Under the pieces are notes generated by a model that was given only the letters and a program-made list of their open reading frames with translations, ran no database searches and was not told where the DNA came from. DNA of 32,668 bases from Octopus sinensis (taxonomy: Eukaryota): the NCBI RefSeq assembly GCF_006345805.1, contig NW_021836341.1:1-32668 (forward strand), read 5' to 3'. Position numbers and translations under genes: made by a program. Positions 23,076 to 32,668 of this stretch are shown piece after piece. Position 1 is the stretch's first letter, and each line of letters opens with the position of its first letter.

Positions 23076-23208
23076 CAGGGGAAGAATTCACGAAAAAAAA
23101 ACGAAAGACGCGTTCAGGTGGTGTAGAAAACAAACAGATGTATTAGCATAATGCTTGGGAATTGAAAATGTTGTTAACGTTTCGAGCCTACGCTCTTCCG
23201 CAGAAGGT
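23076..23208 (-). mobile_element. Penelope-like pseudo-LTR remnant with hammerhead-like motif
   Basis: The minus strand CTGCGGAAGAGCGTAGGCTCGAAACGTTAA...TAATACAT.TGTTTGTTT..AC...ACCTG aligns with 3083-3203. Confidence 0.6.
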
Positions 23209-23549
23209 GTAGTACATACATACATACATACATACATACATACATACATACATACATACATACACACATACATACATACATAATACATACATACATACAT
23301 ACATGCATACATACATACGTACATAATATATTTGATGTGTCTAATTTGCATTTCCGCATAATTCTCTCTCTCTCCCTCTCTCTCTGTATATATATATATA
23401 TCCATAAATATATACATATATATATATATCAACAAATATATATATGTATGTATGCTTATATATATATATATAACATATATATAATATATACATAATTATA
23501 CATACATATATATATATATACATATATATATATAATATATATATATATA

Positions 23550-23627
<78 letters not shown>

Positions 23628-24080
23628 ATGTGACACAGAGACATACATATATGTGTGTATATGTATGTGTAAGTCTATGTTTGCAACCGTTGATATTTCT
23701 ACAATAGTCTACAGAACTGACTCAAAACAAAGACAGTCATTCCCCACTCTCCCCCCTTCAGAAACAACAACACTCGTCATGGCAACGGCAGCACCGGTCG
23801 TCGTAGCTCTGCTGTTGATTCATAACTACAACACGTTGCAGACAGTGCGTTTATTGCTGGTATGGCTGTTGTTGTTATTGTTATTGTTGTGATTTGGTTA
23901 TGTTGGTAGTGGCGGTAGTTGTAGTAGTTGTGATCTCAATGGTAGCTGTGGTAGTGGTGAGGTTGTTGGAGAATGGTGTGGTGAAGTTGTTAGCGGTGGT
24001 TGTAGTTGTGGTGGTGGTAGTGTGGTGCTTTAGTTGTTGTTGTCATTGTCGTTGTTGTTGGTGGTGGTGATGTGGTGGTG

Positions 24081-24270
24081 GTAGCCGTATTTCGTCTGAC
24101 GTTACGTTGTGAGTTCAAATTCCGCCGAGGTCGACTTTGCCTTTCATCCTTTCGGGGTCGATAAATTAAGTACCAGTTACGCACTGGGGTCGATGTAATC
24201 GACTTAATACCTATGTCTGTCCTTGTTTGTCCCCTCTATGTTTAGCCCCTTGTGTGTAATAAAGAAATAG
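24081..24270 (+). mobile_element. Meta-domain-like SINE body (family C, tail type B), 5'-truncated
   Basis: GTATTTCGTCTG...GAGTTCAAATTCCGCCGAGGTCGACTTTGCCTTTCATCCTTTCGGGGTCGATAAATTAAGTACCAG...TTTAGCCCCTTGTG.GTAATAAAGAAATAG. Confidence 0.9.
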
Positions 24271-25010
24271 GTAGTGGTTGTAGTGGTGGCTTGGTGTTGG
24301 TGTGGTGGCGGTGTGTTAGTGTGTTAGTGGTGGTGGTAGTTTTGGTAATGGTGGTGGTGGTGGTAGTGTGGTGCTTTAGTTGTTGTTGACGTTGCTTTTG
24401 TTGTCGTTGTTGGTGGTGGTGGTGATGTGGTGGTGGTAGTGGCGGTAGTGGCAGTGGTGGTGGTGGTCATGGTGGTGGTGGTGGTGGTGGTGGTGGTGGT
24501 GGTGCGTTATGGTGGTGGTGGTGTTGGTGCTAGCGGTGTTCTGTACTGATGAGGATAGGACTAATATGGTGGTTGTGGTGTAAGTCCCGATAATGGAAAC
24601 GTTGGGGATCGATGATAGTGGTAACATTGGGGTATTGTTTGTTTTTCTTGTATAGTCCTTAATGACCTCTGGTCGCAAATTAGAATTAAGATAAAAAGCG
24701 CTCCACCCTTTCTTGACAGTTTATCAACGACTACATCATATCGTTCGTGTTTAGATTATTCGAAAGAAACAGAGGTGCTGTTTCTTTCATTTCGAGTGAC
24801 CTCGCCAAGGCGCCTCCTTTGCCTCTGGTTAGAGATCGTATTATAATAAACTTCTGAAAATACCATCACCAACGCTTCGCTTGCAGCTACTCGTTCTATT
24901 CATAATGCTTTCTTTATTATTTTATTAACACAAGGGCAACGATTACCAAAACATTACAATGATGTCATAAAACAACAAAAGTTTCGATCAAATTTGAAGA
25001 ATAAACATGA

Positions 25011-25420
25011 AGCAGGAGTGGCTATGTGGTAAGTAGCTTGCTTACGAACTACATGGTTCCGGGTTCAGTCCCACTGCGTGGCACCTTAGGCAAGTGTCTT
25101 CTACTATAGCTTCGGGCCGACCAATGCCTTGTGAGTGGATTTGGTAGACGGAAACTGAAAGAAGCCCGTCGTATATATATATATATGTGTGTATGTGTGT
25201 GTTTGTGTGTCCGTGTTTGTCCCCCCAACATCGCTTGACAACCGATGCTGGCGTGTTTACGTCCCCGTAACTTAGCGGTTCGGCAAAAAGAGACCGATAA
25301 AATAAGTACTAAGCTTACAAAGAATAAGTCCTTGGGTCGATTTGATCGACTAAAGGCGGTGATTCAGCATAGCCACAGTCACATGACTGAAACAAGTAAA
25401 AGAGTAAAGAGTAAAGAGTA
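25011..25420 (+). mobile_element. Full-length CORE-like tRNA-derived SINE (family B)
   Basis: A-box TGGCTATGTGG, B-box GGTTCAGTCCC, GGCACCTTAGGCAAGTG, and a tail GAAACAAGTAAAA(GAGTAAA)n. Confidence 0.92.
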
Positions 25421-26303
25421 GGATTGCAACGTGGAATCAATCAGGAAATTCTACAATACTGAATGACCCTATTGTCAAAGGAAATTGCTCTTTTCCAGCT
25501 GTGACTGGCAGTCTATAACAGGCGGATTGTAACTATACTCCTATTCACACAAGCCATTCCCAGTTATCTTTCAGTAAATTTACGGGAGGGTAGCGCATCT
25601 CTCTCTAACCACATCTTCATCTCCAAGTGTTGCGCAAAGAGGTTGATTGAAGAATGCTTTAAAAATGGTTGTGTATGTGTCTATCTTCATTCTTTTCAGT
25701 CCTGCTCCGGAGAAACCGTTTTTGCTACTGATACCGTACAGTAGAGCAAGAAAACTACCTGTTCTTCCTGGCTAAACAAAGGTGATATGAAAACTATAGT
25801 AAGGCTCAATATTTAAAATGATTTCTCGGGCTAAAGCTGTGTGCTACCCATAATTAATGGCGATATGATGCGATGATGTTCTGACATGAGTAGCGTTTGC
25901 GTTTTTCTCGTTATTGAAACAAACAGGATTAGTATATCCTCATTTAAAGACGCTTTCAGAGTCCTTGTTTACGAGATTAGGATGTGTTTAGTACACAGTG
26001 TGTAAGACGCGAATGGATGATGCTTGGTTGGGGAGAATTAAAGAAGGAAGTAAGAAAAGAAGGAAGGCTAGCGTTATCTGAGTAACAGTGACATTCATGA
26101 CTTAAGGAAGAAATTAAGGGACAACACTAAACCCTGGGGCAAGCTACAGTCGATAATATGAGGAATAGAAAACCCCTCTCTACACACGCGGCGGTTGTGC
26201 GATCTGATAGGGAACTATAGATCCAACGAGCGTGAGTTGGGTGGAATCACAATCAGGCAATTTCGATAGAAGGTTTGCATGTCATATATAATCCAATATG
26301 TAT

Positions 26304-26345
26304 TTAGTGTTGGGGTTATGGTCAGGGTTAGGGTTAGGATTAGTA
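26304..26345 (+). repeat. Seven degenerate TTAGGG-like hexamers
   Basis: TTAGTG TTGGGG TTATGG TCAGGG TTAGGG TTAGGA TTAGTA at a strict 6-nt period. Confidence 0.7.
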
Positions 26346-27157
26346 TTGCTACTTTAAAGGAGGGAGAAACTTTTCAATAAATAAAAATCATTAATCAGCT
26401 GAAAACACACCGGAAGTTTATCGTCGCCATATTTTGTGTTTGTATTTGTGATTTAGTCTCCATGTCACATGTATACATTTTTTCCTCTTTGTCAATATTT
26501 AACTGTCAGACGAAGCAAGAGTCCCAATACGCGCATACACATATAGAAACATAGACACAATCATACATACACTTACATATTCATACACACACACACACAA
26601 ACACATGCATATATGCGTGTGAGTATGTATAAGTGTGTTTGTGGTGCGTACGTCCTAATGTACTTAGGAAGTTTTGAGGTCAATAAAATAACCAGAGGCC
26701 AATACAATTAACTAAACCTTCAGAGAAATGACTCCAGCATGGCTACAACAATCTATTGACTGAAATCAGTTAAAAATACAGGAATAATACACTGTATAGT
26801 ATACAATACTATAGTATACAATAGAATATAATGCACAATACAGTATATTCTAAAATATTATGTAACATAATATAACAATACAATATAATATAATATAAAA
26901 CACGTAATGTAATAAAATTCTCTCGGTAAATGCTACAACTGTTCCAACGGGCATCATATATCTAAAGTAAATAGCTTAAAATCTATCACTAGTTATCGAT
27001 CACTTACTTTAGGTCCTTACATGCTCAATCACTGACCACTAATGGCTTGTGACGTTGCTCTGTGTGCGCTTAATAAACAAACCCCGGAACGGCCAATCAA
27101 TCCCAGAGAGCATTACACGTAAGTTTATAAACGTGCAGTGGGACAGAGAAGGACGTA

Positions 27158-27215
<58 letters not shown>

Positions 27216-27217
27216 TG

Positions 27218-27248
<31 letters not shown>

Positions 27249-27249
<1 letters not shown>

Positions 27250-27320
27250 TGTTTCTTTATTAGCCACACAGGGCTGCACACAGATAGAACAAATTACAAG
27301 GTATAGCTTTTCTTTGAAGG

Positions 27321-27355
<35 letters not shown>

Positions 27356-27378
27356 GGAAGGGGGAGGTTCGATCAAAG
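27249..27378 (-). mobile_element. Second copy of the probable LINE 3' end, embedded in (TAGA)n
   Basis: Aligns with 14370-14483; (TAGA)n lies on both sides. Confidence 0.65.
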
Positions 27379-27532
27379 ATAGATAGATAGATAGATCAAT
27401 AGATAGAGCGAATAGATAAATAGATAGATAGATAGGTAGATAGATAGATGGATAGATACATACATACATACACACATACATACATACATACATATATACA
27501 TACATACATACATACATACACACATACATACA

Positions 27533-27566
<34 letters not shown>

Positions 27567-27720
27567 CATACATACATACATACATACTTACATACATACA
27601 TATATACATGCATACATGCATACTTACATACATACATACATACATACATACTTGCATACATACATACATACATATATACATACATACATACATACATACA
27701 TAAATACATACATACATACA

Positions 27721-27754
<34 letters not shown>

Positions 27755-27952
27755 CAGAGAGAGAAGTATAGCAAACGAGATGGAGAGAGACGGAGTGCGA
27801 ATAACTGGGAGAGGGAACTTGTTAAGTCTGGATACTCTACGGTGAGGTTAGTCATGTCACATCACACTTAATGGTTGCTAGTGACAACGATATTATTTAT
27901 TATATTTCTGGTTCGCCTTACACACATACAAACGTATATACATACATATCCC

Positions 27953-27984
<32 letters not shown>

Positions 27985-28142
27985 TGTATGTATGTATGTA
28001 TGTACGTATACGTACGAATGTATGTATGTATGTATGTATGTATGTATGTATGTATGTATGTATGTACGTACGTACGTACGTATGTATGTATGTATGTATG
28101 TATGTATGTATGTATGTATGTATGTATGTATGTATGTATACA

Positions 28143-28356
28143 TTTGAGGATGTCGAAAACGAGGCAATTTCTACTCTTCTCCTCTGGAAGCCATCTACTC
28201 GCGATACCAGAGGGCGCACACTCTCCTAGCCTGATGTAATCTCCAGGGATACAGGCATCCAGCAACAGGACCTCCATAATACCATGATGGACCGTGAAGT
28301 CTGGCGTAGCATGGTAAATTCCATTGTCTCGACTACGGTCGAACAATGATGATGAT
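28143..28356 (+). mobile_element. 5'-truncated RTE-clade LINE 3' end with (TGA)n tail
   Basis: Reads FEDVENEAISTLLLWKPSTRDTRGRTLS*PDVISRDTGIQQQDLHNTMMDREVWRSMVNSIVSTTVEQ* with RTE C-terminal WxP..RGR and MxDRxxWR motifs. There is one in-frame TAG at 28227-28229 and a terminal TGA at 28347-28349. Confidence 0.85.
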
Positions 28357-28599
28357 GTATGTATGTATGTATGTATGTATGTATGTATGTATGTATGTAT
28401 GTATGTATGTATGTATCTATCTATCTATCTATCTATCTATTTATCTGTCTATCTATCTTTTAATGCACACACACATACACACATACACGCACAAGGTATT
28501 CCAAAGAGTGTACATACACGTTGAATTCTTACAAAGTTAGTGTTTATAAAAATACATTTCATTTTCAAAATATAAAATCTACAGACAGAACTTAATGTG

Positions 28600-28936
28600 T
28601 AGTTTTGTATTTTATGAACTCTTGTTTTTAAACTGTCGACCGTTCAAATCCAGGCTCTTCTAAAAATGCGAAGTAGTGGAATCACAAACATCATATCACC
28701 GGGATTTGAACTCATTATTATTCAATGCCTGCCCACGATTCATCGACAGTTGCCAATTTTGTACTAGTTTATTTTACTTTTATGAATGCCTGTTGTTGAA
28801 CCGATGGCTGTCTTGATCCAGGCTCTCCTGAAAACGCGAAGCAGAAATGGAATTATGGACAAAATTTTCTAGGTTTTTGTGCGCATTATATTTCAATGGT
28901 TACCCTCGATTCGTCGACTGTTGCTAAGTTTGTTCC
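28600..28936 (+). repeat. Diverged two-unit direct repeat (~165-170 bp period)
   Basis: Units start at 28600 and 28765 with shared anchors TTTATGAA, ATCCAGGCTCT.CT.AAAA.GCGAAG, TTCAATG and CGATTC.TCGAC.GTTGC. Confidence 0.75.
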
Positions 28937-29157
28937 AATTTTGTAACGCATAAGGAATACTACTGAACCGCTTCCTCCAATCTCCTTTATTTTGCAAAAT
29001 CTCATTAAAGATGGTCCATGCTGTGGTCCCCACCTTACTGGAAATAGTACTCCACATCTTCAATGTCCTCTTAAATGTTTGGCAGATAGATTATAGCAAG
29101 AAGTAAATAGGGACCAATGACAGTACCACCAAAACACAATGCTCCTATTAATCTTTC

Positions 29158-29560
29158 CTATTTCTTTATTGCCCACAAGGGGCTAAACGCAGAGGGGACA
29201 AACAAGGACAGACAAACGGATTAAGTCGATTATATCGACCCCAGTTCGTAACTGTTATTTATTTAATCGACCCCGAAAAGATAAAAGGCAAACTCGACCT
29301 CGGTGGAATTTGAACTCAGACGAAATACCTATTTCTTTACTACCCACAAGGGGCTAAACACAGAGGGGACAAACAAGGACAGAAAAGGGGATTAAGTCGA
29401 TTACATCGACCCCTGTGCGTAACTAGTACTTAATTTCTCGGCCCCGAACGGATGAAAGGCAAAGTCGACCTCGGCGGAATTTGAACTCAGAATGTAACGG
29501 CAGACGAAATACAGCTACGCATTTCACCCGGCGTGCTAACCTTTCTGCCAGCTCGCCGCC
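29158..29560 (-). mobile_element. Head-body-body dimer of Meta-domain-like SINE (family C, tail type B)
   Basis: A full unit at 29560-29329 is followed directly by a headless second unit at 29328-29158. Confidence 0.9.
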
Positions 29561-29710
29561 ATAACGTTTCCTGTGGACGTTCGAAACAGTTCTATCCCCT
29601 GCAAATTTATCTTCTAATTCGAGTGGTGTAAGTCACATTAGTAGTTTTGTTTGATATTCCTTCCTACAATGTCTTAGTACTTCAACAGTATTTTCAAACT
29701 TACTGCAACA

Positions 29711-30112
29711 TCTTTATATATTAAAGAGAGGTTGTGTGCTGTCTGTCTCCTACGATTTAGATTCCTAACTACTCCCACATTTTGCGGTGCAGTTTAACCA
29801 AAACCGGGTATCTTATAGTCGTGATTCATATAGAGCCCTTCTTGGTATTAGCGCGCGTCTACGATGAGTCTATGATTTTAAAACAAATTTACCATCAATT
29901 TTTCCCATTTTTAATGCATCATTTTTGGCATATATAAGTGAAGTAACTCTCTAGAAATTTATTATTAAATCTCAGAATGTAAAAAGCTACAGTAACACCA
30001 CGCCCCCTATGTGGTTAGCCATATTGAGATGGCTATTATACTTTACATCTCTAAAAATGCTTATATAGTTATTTCCCTTACAAACCCGAGCAACGCCGGG
30101 CGATACTGCTAG
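29711..30112 (+). mobile_element. Non-autonomous Helitron (402 bp)
   Basis: 5' A|TC (TCTTTATATAT...), a GC-rich hairpin CCCGAGCAACGCCGGG at 30085-30100, then 8 nt, then CTAG|T (30109-30112). There is no TSD. Confidence 0.85.
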
Positions 30113-30657
30113 TTTTCAGATAAATTTCCAATGTAAAGAATCGAAAAAAATATTACAAGGCAATTTTGTCAGATTTCTCAAATTATGCAACCAACCCATT
30201 GCCAATACTCCATGGAACTTCAAAAATACAAAAAAGCAAAATTTGATTCCTTTGGTCCCACAGACCTCATTTAGCTATCTGATTCATCAAGTTCTCTGTC
30301 AGTTTCAGGCATGTGATTCTCCTGTCATCATTTGTATTCACATGAACCAGAGGACAGCTAAAGCACTTTTACATTCTCCAATGAGATTCCTTTATTCTAC
30401 ATTTAGCAGTAAACTAGGAGCAAATTATTCATGTAAAATATGCAAATAGTATAAACAAGGTTAGTGAATTATTGAGATCTTAAATTTCCATTCTTCCAAC
30501 TGTCTGATGACGTAAATGCTCTAATAATTGCCAAATGTCTGTTGATGCTGAAGCCGACCAACTGGAATGACGATGGGACTAAACTTGTCATTTATGCAAA
30601 AACATACATAAACTAATTTCGAATGTGTCACACACACATACACACATCTATCTATCT

Positions 30658-30698
<41 letters not shown>

Positions 30699-30699
30699 C

Positions 30700-30771
<72 letters not shown>

Positions 30772-30947
30772 GCATACATACATACACACATACATAGACC
30801 GAGTGATTGATTGATAAATAAATATATTTGATATATGTGTGTGTGTGTGCATGTGTGTATGTGTGTGTATGTGTGTATGTGTGTGTATGTGTGTGTATGT
30901 GCTTGTTCGTGTGCTTATTCATGTACGTATGCACATCTAACATTTAT

Positions 30948-31195
30948 TTTACTTTCTCATTTCCAGTCACTGGGCCTGCAGCCGTGCTAGAACACCATTT
31001 TGGCAAATTTAATCGATCAAATGAACCCCAGTACAGAATTTTAAGTCTAGAATGTCTCATCAGTTATTTCTGTCTTACCATGCAGTACTAGGACGTGAAC
31101 ACCATTTGTCAAGAGTTGATTGAAAAATACCAAGATGCAAACACACACATAAACATATATACACCTATGTGAATATACGACGGACTTCTTCACAG
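30948..31195 (-). mobile_element. Highly degenerate 3' two-thirds of CORE-like SINE (family B)
   Basis: Anchors TTTAC.T..T.T.CAGTCA, GC.G.C.TGCT.GA.CACC, GGACGT.AACAC, TGTCAAG and ATATACGACGG.CTTCTT are collinear with 6171-6450. Confidence 0.6.
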
Positions 31196-31253
31196 ATTCG
31201 GTCTGCGAAAGATTTCCTTGATTGTGTCGAGAACGAGGAAAGCTTTTTGAAAC

Positions 31254-31528
31254 TTTTGCGTTGGCCTCTGAGCAGGTATCGTCAAGCTTTTGGCAAAATT
31301 TGATGCAGATTCTCTGCTCAACTTGCTCTGTCACGGTTAATGCAGCGATCACATGCTACACACCTTCCTTCCAAGTACTGCTGTAAATCGCGGAAGTGAG
31401 CTAGAGCGTTAAATCTTAGTGCACGTGCACAGCAGAGTTCAAGGTCAATCTATGCCAAGCGGCTTCACTCTCTTCGCTTTAGCTTCGTTACTATAGCAAC
31501 AGCCCAGATGCTTATTGATCAGACCACG
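31254..31528 (-). mobile_element. Left end of a second mariner-family transposon (TIR plus transposase N-terminus)
   Basis: The minus strand begins TA|CGTGGTCTGATCAATAAG, then 31334-31254 reads (V/M)TEQVEQRICIKFCQKLDDTCSEANAK, matching the EQRxCIKFC N-terminal motif of irritans-like mariners. Confidence 0.75.
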
Positions 31529-31551
31529 TATGATGCATGTATCAAGATATT

Positions 31552-31754
31552 GGTTTCAAATTCTGGCATAAGGCCAGCAAATTCAGAGGAACGGGGTAAG
31601 TCGATTACATCAACCCCAGTGGACAACTGGTACTTATTTTATCTACCCCGAAATGATAAAAGGGAAAGTTGACCTCAGCGGTATTTGAACTCAGAACATC
31701 AAGACGGACGAAATGCATTATAACCGACGCGATACCAACTCTGCCAGCTGGCCC
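31552..31754 (-). mobile_element. Meta-domain-like SINE (family C, tail type A)
   Basis: GTAAGTCGATTACATC.ACCCCAGT...CTGGTACTTATTTTATC.ACCCCGAAA.GAT...TTTGAACTCAGAAC...CTGCCAGCT. Confidence 0.85.
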
Positions 31755-32128
31755 ACATGTATGTGCTAAGACATACAGTATTGGGAAAAGGTCAGTGACG
31801 CCACTCGCCAGAAAGAAACAATAGTTAAGATACATTGATATATACAGTATAGCATTTGAAAATATGATGATTCTGGTGATTTGCCAGCATGGCCAAAGCC
31901 TTGGAGCTGAAACGCATGAGAGAATATATATAATGTCGAATAACTATCTGATGAAATACGTCCGGATGTTCTCCCATATTTATCGAAATTATTAAAATAT
32001 CTAATTATAGATATTATTAGAATGGTTTCTGGTGGTAATTTTCATATTTTTCCCGTCAGTAGTCACGAAGAACTTCAATTGACTCAGTCAGTGATAAATT
32101 AATGCATTAGTCATTTTCGTTCTCATAG

Positions 32129-32234
32129 CATTGGTCAGCTGCACTGACAAGCCATTGGTCAGCTGCACTGACAAGCCATTGGTCAGCTGCACTGACAAGC
32201 CATTGGTCAGCTGCACTGACAAACCATTGGTCAG
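32129..32234. repeat. 24-bp minisatellite, 4.4 copies (CATTGGTCAGCTGCACTGACAAGC)
   Basis: Units start at 32129, 32153, 32177, 32201 and 32225 (partial), with 1 substitution in total. Confidence 0.97.
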
Positions 32235-32335
32235 TAGGAGTATAGGTTAAAAGACACTTGGTTAATGTCTCGCGTAGTGAAATCGAAACCGGAAAACAGT
32301 GAATGCCAAGGGAGTATTTTGACTACGTGGCTATG
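32225..32335 (-). mobile_element. Ancient degenerate CORE-like SINE (family B) head; a second similar remnant lies at ~32525-32650
   Basis: CATTGGTC.G...G.G.TATAG...AAGACACTTG...GT.TCGCGTAGTG..A..GAA.CCGGAA is collinear with the reverse complement of the family B head. Confidence 0.55.
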
Positions 32336-32668
32336 TCTACACCAAATATTTGTTTCAAGATGTATCTCTCGGTTGCACTGATTATGCATCATCACTGGGG
32401 ATTCTGGTGTCTCATGTGGTTTCCAGTCTTTTAACACGAGACCCACTCTCCCAGTTGACTCAGCTAAGCTTGATCAAGTTCCAACTTGCATCCCATTAGT
32501 CGCAAAACCACTGCATATATTCCACATAGCATTGATCAGCAGAAGTATATGTTAAAAGCCTGTTAAAAGTTAATGCCTGGCGCAATGGTATCGAAATCAG
32601 ATAATAATGGAGGCCAAGCAAACTTTTTAACCACGTGACCTTGCCTACATCAGATATAAAAATGTCCT

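Noticed and set aside
23762-23859. Candidate exon ETTTLVMATAAPVVVALLLIHNYNTLQTVRLLL with AG/GT boundaries
   Set aside because: It borders degenerate triplet repeats and the peptide is unrecognisable; such sites arise often by chance.
24762-24788. Perfect 11-bp stem with 5-nt loop (GAAAGAAACAG/CTGTTTCTTTC)
   Set aside because: It is too short for a pre-miRNA, of low complexity, and plausible by chance in 32 kb.
25700-25781. Candidate internal exon after a strong acceptor (TCTTCATTCTTTTCAG)
   Set aside because: All three frames contain stops before the candidate donor, and there is no other support.
30150-30620. Unique mixed-composition segment scanned for a decayed transposase or exon
   Set aside because: All frames examined were interrupted by stops and no motif was recognised.
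32129-32234. CRISPR-like palindromic repeat
   Set aside because: The units are directly adjacent with no spacers, there are no cas genes, and the context is eukaryotic.

Overview
This is eukaryotic, AT-rich DNA saturated with microsatellites. The SINE families and repeat landscape are most consistent with an octopus (coleoid cephalopod) genome; this is inferred from repeat recognition and was not searched. I recognise no host protein-coding gene, so the window is probably intronic or intergenic, and nearly all ORFs in the supplied track are artefacts of simple repeats. Retroelement content: at least four tRNA-derived SINE families, a Dong/R4-like 3' fragment sitting in (TAA)n, two RTE-like LINE 3' ends, and three Penelope-LTR-like remnants carrying minimal hammerhead-ribozyme-like motifs. 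DNA-element content: two mariner remnants, a complete-ended 402-bp Helitron and a ~765-bp foldback element. Local rearrangements: a 240-bp SINE-head triplication, a near-identical inverted SINE duplication, a SINE dimer, a SINE-born 24-bp minisatellite and a 1.2-kb tandem duplication that may be an assembly artefact. The best leads are the hammerhead-like motifs, the nested inverted SINE structure (potential dsRNA/ADAR substrate), the foldback element and the SINE/LINE module sharing.
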